A stretch of 63,625 nucleotides of DNA, filler included, from 11 parts of 11 records of this genome joined end to end with filler, not necessarily neighbours in it, one strand, 5' to 3'; shown: positions 19,924 through 29,478, numbered from the whole stretch's first letter. Made by a program: numbers and translations. Notes: generated by a model from the letters alone, not told the origin.

Positions 19924-22287
19924 ATGCCCGATATTGCCGGAACAAACGGACAAAGAGAGGAGTTCCGGGTCGTCGGGAAGCGCAATCTCCCCGGCAAGCT
20001 GTCGTATGCCCTCGCGACGGGCGTCGCGAAGTTTGGCATCGACTATGTCGTCCCGGACATGCTCCACGCTAAATTTTTGAAAAGCCCTTATGCCAACGCA
20101 AAGGTTTTAAGCGTGGATACTGAAAAAGCCAGAGCCATCCCCGGTGTCGTCGATATCGTCACCTGGGAGGACGAGGAAATCAAGAACTTTAAAAGCTACG
20201 CCGAGCACTGGGGCCATCCGCGTCCCTGGCTCGATAATATTGCCGATCAGGAAGGAACGGAGGTCGCTGTCATCGTGGTGGCCGAAAGTGAGGAGCTCTG
20301 CGACGAGGCGCTGAGCGCCCTTGAGATCGAATGGGAGGTCCTCCCGCACGTCGTCGACATTCTGAAAGGCCGTGAAGACGACGCCTTTGTGATCCGTCCG
20401 TGGATCACGGAAGCGCCTACCTTCGGCCCGCCGGGCCGCGGCGGCGTCTCAAACCCGCCTAAAAAAGGCAACGTGTCGTATTCCAACACCGTACAGGGCG
20501 ACATTGAGGAAGGCTATAAACAGGCCGACCATGTCATTGAGTACGATTTATATCTGCCGCCCTTCGCCGCGCATATGCCCAACCCCTCCGGCTCTGTTGC
20601 CTGGTGGTCGGACGATTTTTATCACGGCGAGGGTAAGACGCTTCATATTGAAGGCGCCGTCCGCGAGCGGTACGCCATCAGCGCGATGTACAACATGCCG
20701 ATTGAAAAAACGGTCCAGGAAGGCCTTTTCATGGGCGGCAAATACTGTGACTGGGGTCTTCGCAAATCCCAGGAGATCACGCCGCTTCTCGCCCGCCGCG
20801 TCGGACGGCCCGTCCGGTGCATGAACACGCGCACCGAAACGTTTGACTTTATCATGAACGAGCGTTACATGCACATGAAGGTCGGTTACACGGACGAGGG
20901 GCTCGTCACCGTTGTTGACGACTATTCCATCGCCGACGCCGGCATCTGGGGCAGCTCGGCCTTCGGCCATGTGGGCGACCTCATACAGGGCCCTTACAAG
21001 ACGCTCAAATGCCAGAACATCCGCCAGCAGATGGAAATCGTTGATTCCAACCGCGGCATGATGTACGTCAGCGGCCAGCACTGCCCGTTTAACTGGGATT
21101 CCGGCACCATGGCGATTTACCTGATCGCCGAGGCGCTTGGAAAAGATCCCCTTGAGATCGCGCGGCTGAATCTGCACGGCCCGACATCCCAGAGCGACTC
21201 GAATCCTGTGCCCAGCTTCGAGCGCTGTATTGAAGCCGGCAAAAAACTGATGGACTGGAACTGGCATCGCGCCGGGACAAAAACGCTTCCCGACGGACGC
21301 CTGCACGGCATGAGCTTCCGGTATCAGATGTGTCCGCGCCACTCGGGAGCCAAATATAACGCTAAGCTGGAGCTTCGCGACGGTGTGGTTCATATGCCGA
21401 CGCAGGGGCCGCTGTTTGGCGTGTTCGCCGTTGAGTGCAACGCTATGGTCGCCGCCGAGGAGCTCGGCCTCGAGTACGAGGACGTCAGCATTGACTTTGA
21501 CTACCGTGAGAAATTCACACCCGTCGGCGGCGGCTCGGACGGCACAACGGCGTCCGCGTGGGTTATGAAGGAATGTGCCAACATCCTTAAGCAGCGCATT
21601 TTAGAGGCCGCCATTGATTACGCGGAAAATCCGCCCCCTCCCGGCGGCTTCGGCCCGCCTCCCCCGCCTCCCGGCCCGTTCAAGGGCTTAAAGCCCGAGG
21701 AGCTGGATCTCGTTGGCGGCCATGTCGTCGTCAAAGCCAACCCGGATAAAAAAGCGCCGCTGAAAGAATGCGTGCCGCAAAACCTGTTCGCCACATATTC
21801 CGGTAGGCCTCCCCTGTCCGTGTGGTCAACCGGTGAAATGGGCAAGATCCTCGACACGATGAATACGGCCTTCTGCGAGGTGGCTGTCGACCCGGAAACC
21901 GGCGAGGTGGAAATCCTACGCTTCGGCGTCGTGGCTGATCCCGGCAAGGTCCTGCGCCCGACCTCTCTGGAAAGCCAGATCGATCAGGTCATGTATTTCA
22001 GCCAGGGCTGCCAGCTGCTCGAAGATTTTATCTATGACGAGCGCACCGGCGTACGGCTCAATACGAATATGATTGAATATAAAAAACCGACGATGCTTGA
22101 CGTGCCGCCGGTCCAGAGCGAATTTCTCGAGACGCGCGCCGGCAACGCCGCTTATGGCGCCAACGGCATCAGCCATTCGCTGGCCAACACGCATCTTGTT
22201 ATCATCGCCATCCACAACGCCACCGGCGTCTGGGTGGACCCCCCGGCTACGCCCGACAAGGTCCTCAAAGCGCTCGGAAAGGCATAG
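19924..22287 (+). CDS. Xanthine-oxidase-family molybdopterin-binding subunit (divergent)
   Basis: MLHAKFLKSPYANAKV, EVAVDPETGEVEIL, NMIEYKKPTMLDVP, AIHNATGVW...PATPDKVLKAL. Confidence 0.88.
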   Translation: MPDIAGTNGQREEFRVVGKRNLPGKLSYALATGVAKFGIDYVVPDMLHAKFLKSPYANAKVLSVDTEKARAIPGVVDIVTWEDEEIKNFKSYAEHWGHPRPWLDNIADQEGTEVAVIVVAESEELCDEALSALEIEWEVLPHVVDILKGREDDAFVIRPWITEAPTFGPPGRGGVSNPPKKGNVSYSNTVQGDIEEGYKQADHVIEYDLYLPPFAAHMPNPSGSVAWWSDDFYHGEGKTLHIEGAVRERYAISAMYNMPIEKTVQEGLFMGGKYCDWGLRKSQEITPLLARRVGRPVRCMNTRTETFDFIMNERYMHMKVGYTDEGLVTVVDDYSIADAGIWGSSAFGHVGDLIQGPYKTLKCQNIRQQMEIVDSNRGMMYVSGQHCPFNWDSGTMAIYLIAEALGKDPLEIARLNLHGPTSQSDSNPVPSFERCIEAGKKLMDWNWHRAGTKTLPDGRLHGMSFRYQMCPRHSGAKYNAKLELRDGVVHMPTQGPLFGVFAVECNAMVAAEELGLEYEDVSIDFDYREKFTPVGGGSDGTTASAWVMKECANILKQRILEAAIDYAENPPPPGGFGPPPPPPGPFKGLKPEELDLVGGHVVVKANPDKKAPLKECVPQNLFATYSGRPPLSVWSTGEMGKILDTMNTAFCEVAVDPETGEVEILRFGVVADPGKVLRPTSLESQIDQVMYFSQGCQLLEDFIYDERTGVRLNTNMIEYKKPTMLDVPPVQSEFLETRAGNAAYGANGISHSLANTHLVIIAIHNATGVWVDPPATPDKVLKALGKA

Positions 22288-22296
22288 GAGGTAAAA

Positions 22297-23515
22297 ATGA
22301 AACCATTTAAACATAAAAACGCATCAAGCGTTGACGAGGTCTCCGCCGCTCTGGCCGGCGGGAATAACAGCCTCATCGCCGGTGGCACCGACCTGCTCGG
22401 CACGCTCAAGGACAACGTCCTGCCCGGTTATCCCGAGACGGTCGTCAACCTTAAATCCGTCCCCGGTCTTGAGTATGTCAAGGAGGACGGCGACACGCTT
22501 AAAATCGGCTCGATGACACGTCTTAGTGATATCGCCGCCGATCCCGTCGTTCAGGAAAAATACACGGCGCTCGCCCAGGCGGCCAAAAGCGCCGCCACGC
22601 CGAATATCCGCAATATGGCGTCCATCGCCGGCAATATCGCTCAGCTCAACCGCTGCTGGTACTTCCGCAAGCCGGACAACCGCTTCGACTGTATGAGAAA
22701 GGGCGGCAAGGAATGCTTTGCCATTCTGGGCGATAATCGTTACCATTCCATCTTCGGCGGCGCTAAGGTCAATCCGACGCCCTGCTCACAGGAGTGCCCG
22801 GCCGGCACCGACATCCCCGGCTATTTTGCCAGAATGCGCGCGGGCGACTGGGACGGAGCTGCCAGAGCTTTTCTGGCGCTGCATCCCCTGCCGATGATCA
22901 CGGGCCGCATCTGCGCCCACCCGTGCCAGAATGGCTGCAACCGCAACCAGACGGATAAAAGCGTCGCTATCAACAGCGTCGAGCGCACACTGGGCGACTA
23001 TATACTCGATAACTCCGACAAATTTTACGCGCCTCCCGAAAAGGAGACCGGCAAATCGGTCGCCATCGTGGGCTCCGGCCCGGCCGGCTTGTCCGCTGCG
23101 TATTTCCTGCGAAAGGCCGGCAACAAGGTCACGATTTACGACGTCAAGGAGGAGGCTGGCGGCATGCTGATGTACGCCATCCCCGCCTACCGACTGCCGA
23201 AGGATCTCGTCCAGCGCGTCGCCGACATTTTCAAGAAGATGGGCGTTGAGTTTAAGCTCGGAACGAAAATCGGTACCGACGTCATGCCGGAGGAGCTTGA
23301 GCGGACGTACGACAGCGTCCTGTACGCCACCGGCACATGGAAGCGCCCCGTCATGGGCATCGCCGGTGAGGATCTCACGGTATTTGGCCTGGACTTCCTA
23401 GTAGAGATCCAGAAATGGATGGAGGGCAAAATCGGCCAGGAGGTCTTCGTCATGGGCGGCGGAAATGTCGCCATGGACGTGGCGATGTCTGCCAAGCGCC
23501 TGGGCGCTAAAAAGG
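22297..23515 (+). CDS. FAD-binding subunit (PaoB/YagS-like with 4Fe-4S insert) fused to a GltD-like Fe-S/pyridine nucleotide oxidoreductase, 3'-truncated
   Basis: IAGGTDLL, IRNMASIAGN, RCWYFR...C...KEC; then PCSQECP, GRICAHPCQNGC, IVGSGPAGL, GGGNVAMD. Confidence 0.85.
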
Positions 23516-23615
23516 NNNNNNNNNNNNNNNNNNNNNNNNNNNNNNNNNNNNNNNNNNNNTTAATTAATTAANNNNNNNNNNNNNNNNNNNNNNNNNNNNN
23601 NNNNNNNNNNNNNNN

Positions 23616-23708
23616 GTGACCGGGTATCCCGACGGCAACTTCCGGCCCGGCTCCTGCGTCTCACGCGCTGAAATGACGGCTCTCATGTGCCGAATTGATC
23701 CCGTATAA
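23616..23708 (+). CDS. C-terminal fragment of an SLH-domain protein
   Basis: VTGYPDGNFRPGSCVSRAEMTALM, the SLH consensus. Confidence 0.75.
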   Translation: MTGYPDGNFRPGSCVSRAEMTALMCRIDPV

Positions 23709-23747
23709 TTAAACTATGTCATTCCGCTAGCGGCTTATTGAAGTTTG

Positions 23748-23794
23748 AATCTGTCCTCAGGTGCTGCCTAAAACACCTGAGGACAGATTTTTTT
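23748..23794 (+). terminator. Intrinsic terminator
   Basis: AATCTGTCCTCAGGTG-N10-CACCTGAGGACAGATT followed by T-run. Confidence 0.85.
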
Positions 23795-23927
23795 ACGCCA
23801 CCATTTTATCCGTACCGCCACCATTTTCACACCATTATTTTCCTTTTTTGTGTTTCCCGCCATTTTCCGACTGTTTTCTCACCTTCAACTTATTACACTA
23901 AAATTACTATTTCTTAGGGGTGATATC

Positions 23928-25589
23928 TTGAAGGCGACAAAAAAATTCATTATGATGGGCGTCTGCTTTGCCATCTTACTGTCCGTATTATCAATGCTGA
24001 CACAGCAGAAAGCGGAAGCGGCTGAATATAGATTCAATATGTCTTACATATATTTCGGCAATTCCACGAACTATACAAAGCTCGTGGACAGCACGCAGAA
24101 TTCGCTTGGCGAGGTATCCCCGAATTATTTTGGCCTCGACAAAAACGGTGATCTCGCGCTGACCGCTTCCGTCAGCATGGATTTTATTAACGATATGCAC
24201 GAGCGCGGCGTTACCGTCGTGCCGTATCTGACGAACGACTGGTCGCGTGCCGTCGGCAAGGCCGCTCTTAATAACCGGGACAATCTCGCCCGGGACGTTG
24301 CCGATGCCGTCGTACTTTACGAGCTGGACGGTGTCAATATCGACATTGAAAACGTTACTTCATCGGAGCGAGAGGCTTATGTTGAATTTACGCGCCTTTT
24401 AAGAAATCTCCTTCCGGATGGAAAAACAATCGCCGTTTCCGTTGCAGCCAATCCCTGGGGCCTCGATACGGGCTGGCAGGGCTCATACGATTACGCCGGT
24501 TTGGCTGAATACTGCGATTATCTGATGGTCATGACCTATGATGAGCATTACTACGGCGGACCGGCCGGCCCCATATCGAGCTACGATTATATCGACAAGT
24601 CCCTCAAATACGCTGTCAGCGTCGTACCGAAGGACAAAATCGTTCTTGGTCTCCCCTTTTACGGACGTATCTGGAGCGCAGACGGCAGCCATCCAAACGG
24701 ATACGGCGTGAGCAATACGATGATTGCTCAGCTTATAAACGATTACGGCGGTGTTGTCACAATCGACCCGGTCAGCCGCTCGACGCGCGCCGTCATTACC
24801 ATAGGCGAATCGGAGATTAAACCGGTCGTCGGCGGACAGGCTCTTGCGGCCGGGACGTATACCATCTGGTACGAGGGGGAAACATCCGTCAAGTCCAAGC
24901 TTGAGCTTGTGAATAAATATGATATCAAGGGTACAGGCAGCTGGAGCCTCGGACAGGAATCCGATAACACCTGGAATTACTACAAGCTCTGGCTCAATGA
25001 CTGTACATTCAACGATATTGAGAACAGCTGGGCCAAGGACTATATTCTCGAAGCCTATCTCAAAAACTGGGTTACCGGTTACAGCGCCGACAACTTTTCA
25101 CCCGACGAGCCGCTCACCCGGGCGCAGGCCGCCGTCATATTGGTCCGCCGCCTCGGACTGTCGCCCCAGCTGGAGCCGGCCTACCGGTTTGACGACTGCG
25201 TCGGCTACTGGGCGCAGGCATATCTGGAGACCGCCAGAAAATATAACATCATTCAGGGCATCGGCGACAACATGTTTAATCCCAACAAGCCCATTACGCG
25301 TGAGGAGATTGCCGTTATGGTTAATAATGTCCTCAAATATCAAAACACCTATGGAGACAGCCTGTATTCGGACGTAACACGCACCAGTAATCCCTGGTCT
25401 TACGACTCCATTGAGGCGCTGAGCGCCAACGGGATCATTAACGGTTTCCAGGACGGGACATACCAGCCCGGTAATACGCTCACACGTGCGGAGATGACGG
25501 TACTAGCCGCCACGATGCCGTCTATTGACAGCAGCACGCTCGATGTTGCGCCAGTCGTAAGCCCGAGCTCCTCCTACTATTTATATTGA
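23928..25589 (+). CDS. GH18 glycoside hydrolase with three C-terminal SLH domains
   Basis: Probable TTG start at 23928 after AGGGGTGA; signal peptide; DGVNIDIE, MTYDEH, LGLPFYG, WSLGQE; SLH repeats with TRAQAA, TREEIA, TRAEMT. Confidence 0.88.
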   Translation: MKATKKFIMMGVCFAILLSVLSMLTQQKAEAAEYRFNMSYIYFGNSTNYTKLVDSTQNSLGEVSPNYFGLDKNGDLALTASVSMDFINDMHERGVTVVPYLTNDWSRAVGKAALNNRDNLARDVADAVVLYELDGVNIDIENVTSSEREAYVEFTRLLRNLLPDGKTIAVSVAANPWGLDTGWQGSYDYAGLAEYCDYLMVMTYDEHYYGGPAGPISSYDYIDKSLKYAVSVVPKDKIVLGLPFYGRIWSADGSHPNGYGVSNTMIAQLINDYGGVVTIDPVSRSTRAVITIGESEIKPVVGGQALAAGTYTIWYEGETSVKSKLELVNKYDIKGTGSWSLGQESDNTWNYYKLWLNDCTFNDIENSWAKDYILEAYLKNWVTGYSADNFSPDEPLTRAQAAVILVRRLGLSPQLEPAYRFDDCVGYWAQAYLETARKYNIIQGIGDNMFNPNKPITREEIAVMVNNVLKYQNTYGDSLYSDVTRTSNPWSYDSIEALSANGIINGFQDGTYQPGNTLTRAEMTVLAATMPSIDSSTLDVAPVVSPSSSYYLY

Positions 25590-25687
25590 CTTTGCATCTG
25601 TGTTAATTAACCCCAAAACACGTGTTGATAATTTTATCCAGTTGCGGTATGATTTGTATAATATATCAGCGCAGCGGGGTGAGGATT

Positions 25688-26005
25688 ATGGAGCCAGCCG
25701 ATTGCCGGCATCAGCATATCGTCCAATTCAGATCGTTTATATTTGAAACCCCTTTGCGGGCTCAGGTTTGCGATCATTGCGGAAGTAATATTCGACTATG
25801 CTGGTTTTGGTGGCTACTGGGTGCGCTCATGAAGCTTCCGGGTCCGGTCTCGCTAATGGTGATTTTTTATTTCCGGCCGGGCTTTGTGATTGGAGGCCTG
25901 ATTTTCATTGCGGCCTGGGGCGGTGAGTACGTCCTGTTGTGGCTATTAGCCCAAAAAGGCCGTTATGTACTAAAGAAATCGCGTAAAAGCACCGTTAATT
26001 ATTAA
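25688..26005 (+). CDS. Small membrane protein with a putative Cys/His metal site
   Basis: ATG after GAGGA; CRH...CDHC followed by two hydrophobic segments. Confidence 0.5.
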   Translation: MEPADCRHQHIVQFRSFIFETPLRAQVCDHCGSNIRLCWFWWLLGALMKLPGPVSLMVIFYFRPGFVIGGLIFIAAWGGEYVLLWLLAQKGRYVLKKSRKSTVNY

Positions 26006-26023
26006 ACAGCCGCGCTGCTGCAG

Positions 26024-26233
26024 CTACCTCATAAGCAGGCGTGAGACAAAATAAAAAAGCACATCAGCGGATGAATCATCACTCCACTTCCGTGCCTTTT
26101 CACGTTTATACGCTTTTGGATTTTCCGGCTTTCTCGTAACCGGCTTAATGCTGCCCCAGGTCCGGCGCTGTTTTGCCATAAGCTCTCGCTTTTTGCGCTT
26201 GGACAGCTTCTCAAACGGTATGAATTTGTCCAT
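26024..26233 (-). CDS. Small basic protein, candidate alternative ribosome rescue factor (ArfA/BrfA-like architecture)
   Basis: 69 aa; K/R-rich first ~49 aa and hydrophobic tail VLFYFV; strong promoter and RBS; terminator inside the ORF. The confidence is for the gene being real; the function is inferred. Confidence 0.7.
   Translation of the reverse strand: MDKFIPFEKLSKRKKRELMAKQRRTWGSIKPVTRKPENPKAYKREKARKWSDDSSADVLFYFVSRLLMR
26048..26096 (-). terminator. Intrinsic terminator located within the 69-aa ORF
   Basis: mRNA GGCACG-GA-AGUGGA-G-UGA-(UGAU)-UCA-UCCGCU-GA-UGUGCU, whose last U begins a UUUUUUAUUUU tract ending about 20 nt before the UAG. Confidence 0.7.
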
Positions 26234-26240
26234 AATACAA

Positions 26241-26291
26241 TCCTTTCAATGTTACTGTCAACAATCTAACAGACGCCACGGCATTTGTCAA
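26241..26291 (-). promoter_or_regulatory. SigA promoter and RBS of the 69-aa gene
   Basis: TTGACA (26291-26286), 17 bp, TAGATT (26268-26263) with extended TG; RBS AAAGGA (26246-26241). Confidence 0.8.
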
Positions 26292-26341
26292 TCCGGCGCT
26301 TCGCGTCTTCCTTTACGACCTGTAATTTGTTCGCCTGCAGA

Positions 26342-26367
26342 TGGAACATAATAGACTTAACATCGTC
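26342..26367 (+). promoter_or_regulatory. Candidate ECF-sigma promoter
   Basis: TGGAAC-N16-CGTC upstream of the AAAGGAGG RBS of 26405. Confidence 0.55.
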
Positions 26368-26404
26368 TCATCCGTAACGACGAACGTCGATAAAGGAGGT
26401 TTAT

Positions 26405-27412
26405 ATGAAGAAAATTGTTGTATCCTGCCTGATGGCCCTGACACTGGCGCTCTCCGTCTTTACCGGCGCTTTGGCGGCCGGCAATGCGGAAAGCTACGAC
26501 GACATCACGGGCACATGGTATTATGAAGCGGCCGATGCTTATGCCTACCCGGAAGTATTTGGCGACAGCGGCCAGCTGAAGGCTGACCAGGACATTACGC
26601 GGATTGAATATGTCCGCCTGCTGCATAAGGCACTGGGCATCTCAATCAACTACTTTGCTGCAAACGATATCACCGACAGCTTTGACGATATGAAAAACGA
26701 CGACATTGGCGCAAACGAGCTCATCGACCTTGTAACCGTCGGAATCGTCGACGCGGGCGGCAGCTTTTCGCCCGACGCGGCGCTTGACCGCGAGGTCTTG
26801 ATTCACTGGACTATTGCCGCGCTGGATTACATGACCGGCGGAGACTACGCTATGATCATGATCATGCCGGCCCCGTTTGACGACGATGCGGATATCACAC
26901 CCGCGTATTCGGACGACATTGTTAAATCGGTCGTGCTCAATCTCATTAACGGCCGCGGCGACAATATGCTCTTCCCGAAGGACGGCGCGACGCGCGCGGA
27001 GGCTTTGACGGTTGTATACCGGCTGGCTTCCCTGCTTGAAACGCTTCAAAGCGACGTCACGGTTGACGCAACGGCAACGGTGACCGGCGACAAGCTCCTC
27101 ATGTCCCTCACGGTCCGCAACAACACGGATAAGGCTGTGACGATTAACTATACGAGCGGCCAGCAGTTTGATTTCAAGCTTTTTGACGCGGACGGCGAGT
27201 CGCTTTATACCTGGAGCGCCGACAAATCGTTTATGCAGGCGCTGAACGATATCGTCATTGAGCCGGGCGAGCAGCTCAATTACACGGAAATCCTTGACGG
27301 CGATGCTTTCGCAGCGATCAAGGACAGCGCATCGCTATTCAAAGCGTTCATCACCGGTACATCCGACGACTTTGAGATCAACACGGACGGCTATGAGGCT
27401 GTTATTAAATAA
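26405..27412 (+). CDS. Secreted SLH-domain protein with a C-terminal BsuPI-like (proteinase inhibitor) domain
   Basis: Signal peptide; SLH-like ITRIEY and ATRAEA; C-terminal VTINYTSGQQFDF...YTWSADKSFMQAL. Confidence 0.8.
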   Translation: MKKIVVSCLMALTLALSVFTGALAAGNAESYDDITGTWYYEAADAYAYPEVFGDSGQLKADQDITRIEYVRLLHKALGISINYFAANDITDSFDDMKNDDIGANELIDLVTVGIVDAGGSFSPDAALDREVLIHWTIAALDYMTGGDYAMIMIMPAPFDDDADITPAYSDDIVKSVVLNLINGRGDNMLFPKDGATRAEALTVVYRLASLLETLQSDVTVDATATVTGDKLLMSLTVRNNTDKAVTINYTSGQQFDFKLFDADGESLYTWSADKSFMQALNDIVIEPGEQLNYTEILDGDAFAAIKDSASLFKAFITGTSDDFEINTDGYEAVIK

Positions 27413-27434
27413 GCCTATCATTAACAAATGATAA

Positions 27435-27480
27435 AACCGGGATTATTCTCATTATTTTTGAGAATAATCCCGGTTGTTTT
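27435..27480. terminator. Probable bidirectional terminator between convergent genes
   Basis: Perfect 17-bp stem AACCGGGATTATTCTCA / TGAGAATAATCCCGGTT, A-rich before and T-rich after. Confidence 0.8.
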
Positions 27481-27617
27481 CATTATTTCCGATTTTTCGC
27501 CGGCTATATATTTCGTTAGCCGTTGTTTGTCCATTAAGAATATACCACAATTTCTCACAATCACAGACCGTTTTCTCATATTTGTCGAGAACCACGGCAT
27601 AATTTGCCACTTCATTC

Positions 27618-27959
27618 TCAGTGAAAGCCGCGGGACCCCAGGATATCCGAGACAATCCGCACAAAATTTTCTTCAGCGCCCCAGGAAAACCTGAAAAAGA
27701 CGCCCTGCCCGCCGCCCGCCCCGACGGCATCGACCAGGACTTCGGTACCTTTGCCGATGACGCAGATGGAGAGACTGGCACGGTTGGATGAGCGCATATA
27801 GTATTTTTCAAAAACAAGAAGGTCGTAGGTTATACCGTCAAAATTGCGGCTGATACGGTCAATGAGCTGGCAGCTCACTGCGCTGTTTTGGATCTCATTG
27901 ATGAGTATGGCGACAATCTCATGGGCACTGCCTGTGCCGGTCATGGATAAGCTGGCCAT
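27618..27959 (-). CDS. Conserved hypothetical protein (DUF6054-like)
   Basis: VFEKYYMRSSNRASL...GAGGGQGVFFRFSWGAEENFV; AAAGGA RBS. Confidence 0.75.
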   Translation of the reverse strand: MASLSMTGTGSAHEIVAILINEIQNSAVSCQLIDRISRNFDGITYDLLVFEKYYMRSSNRASLSICVIGKGTEVLVDAVGAGGGQGVFFRFSWGAEENFVRIVSDILGSRGFH

Positions 27960-27977
27960 TGAACCCGTCCTTTCTTA

Positions 27978-28832
27978 TTAACCCTGTCCCCTTTTGAACC
28001 GGCTTTCAATTGACCGATTGCCGTTCAATGGATCAATTCCCATGTCTTCAAGGATTGCGACCTCGTCGAGCGTACCGCTGCCCTGCGGGACGCCCCAAGC
28101 GCCGCAGTCGCTGCCGGAGGCGATCAATACGCCGCGCCCATACGCCTCCATGAGGACATTTTTCTGTGTTTCATGAATATGCCGCATAACCGTATCCGAA
28201 TACCGGCCGCTCCCGATTAGGTTATAGGCCGTGGCGCACGTCGGTACCCAGACGGCCCCCGTTTGCAGAAAATAATCAATGACGGAGCTGTCCGGCCAAT
28301 AGCCGTGCTCAATGCTCTTCACACCGTCCTCAAGCGCACTTTTAATATGGTCTGCGCCATTGACGTGGGCCATCACGGCAAACCCCTCGCCCTCGGCGAT
28401 CCGGACCGTTTCCCGAAGCTCCTCAGTGCCAAACACCGGACCCATGATCTCGCCGGTACCGTCAAAGTCCAGCATACCCGTTACGGTGATTTTAATAAAG
28501 TCTGCGCCGAGAGACGCGGCCTCACTGACCAGCGCGCGGTATTCGGCCATATTCTCAAAGCTCCTGCCGTACATGGCGCCGTAATAGCCTTTTTTATGGG
28601 TAATGAACACTGGGGTACGGTAATCGATGCCATATTCCCCGGCAATCTTTTTGGCGTAAGCCGATACCATATATTTATCGCCGCCGTCTCGGTAAAAGCC
28701 GATGCCGCACCCGGCGACCGTTCTTAAAGTCTCCTGAACGTAAGCCTTGTCAATGCCGTTTTTATGCCGGTTCATGGCGTCGGCATAGCTGACGCCGTCG
28801 GCGATAATGTGTCCGTGACACTCATAGATCAT
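27978..28832 (-). CDS. Amidohydrolase-family metal-dependent hydrolase
   Basis: ECHGH, GADFIKI, AVMAHVNG, SIEHG, SGSD motifs. Confidence 0.85.
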   Translation of the reverse strand: MIYECHGHIIADGVSYADAMNRHKNGIDKAYVQETLRTVAGCGIGFYRDGGDKYMVSAYAKKIAGEYGIDYRTPVFITHKKGYYGAMYGRSFENMAEYRALVSEAASLGADFIKITVTGMLDFDGTGEIMGPVFGTEELRETVRIAEGEGFAVMAHVNGADHIKSALEDGVKSIEHGYWPDSSVIDYFLQTGAVWVPTCATAYNLIGSGRYSDTVMRHIHETQKNVLMEAYGRGVLIASGSDCGAWGVPQGSGTLDEVAILEDMGIDPLNGNRSIESRFKRGQG

Positions 28833-29378
28833 AATGACAGTAACCCCTTGTCAACCAGCCACTCGACGCTGTGCCGGCTTTCCCGGACTTCGAGCGTCAT
28901 CGTCATGTCTGCCGGCCCCGCCAGCATAATACCCATCAGCGCCTCGACATCCATCTCGCCGTCGTCGAGCGCGTTGTGCGTATCGGGCCAGCCGTTGTTG
29001 TTGTGCAGATGGACATGCCCCAGATACGGCAGCACGGCCTTTGTCCAGTCCATCATCGTCAGACCTTTTTTTGTGATGTTGGCATGCCCGATATCAAGGC
29101 ACAGCCGAAAGCGCGGGTCGTCTACGCCCCGCACGATGTTGACAAGCATTTCGGGCGCGTCCTCCAGAACGTTTTCCAATACAATCGTGAAATCCTCCGG
29201 CAGGTCCTTCAAGTATTCGCGCCAGAACGCGACAGAGCGCTCTGTAAAGTATTCCGGGAAATAAACAAAAGGTATATAACCCGAATGGACAACCATCCGT
29301 TTGATTCCGTAACGCCGCGCCAGGCCAAAGGCCTGCGCGTACCGCTTTTTCGTGACGTCCAGCACAAGCGGGTCAATC
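28829..29378 (-). CDS. Sugar phosphate isomerase/epimerase (AP endonuclease 2 TIM barrel), 5'-truncated
   Basis: VVHSG, LENV, CLDIGH, HVHLHNN...DTH, TLE. Confidence 0.85.
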
Positions 29379-29478
29379 NNNNNNNNNNNNNNNNNNNNNN
29401 NNNNNNNNNNNNNNNNNNNNNNTTAATTAATTAANNNNNNNNNNNNNNNNNNNNNNNNNNNNNNNNNNNNNNNNNNNN

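Noticed and set aside
21628-21680. Poly-proline/glycine stretch in the molybdopterin subunit
   Set aside because: In-frame low-complexity loop insertion, not a repeat element or frameshift.
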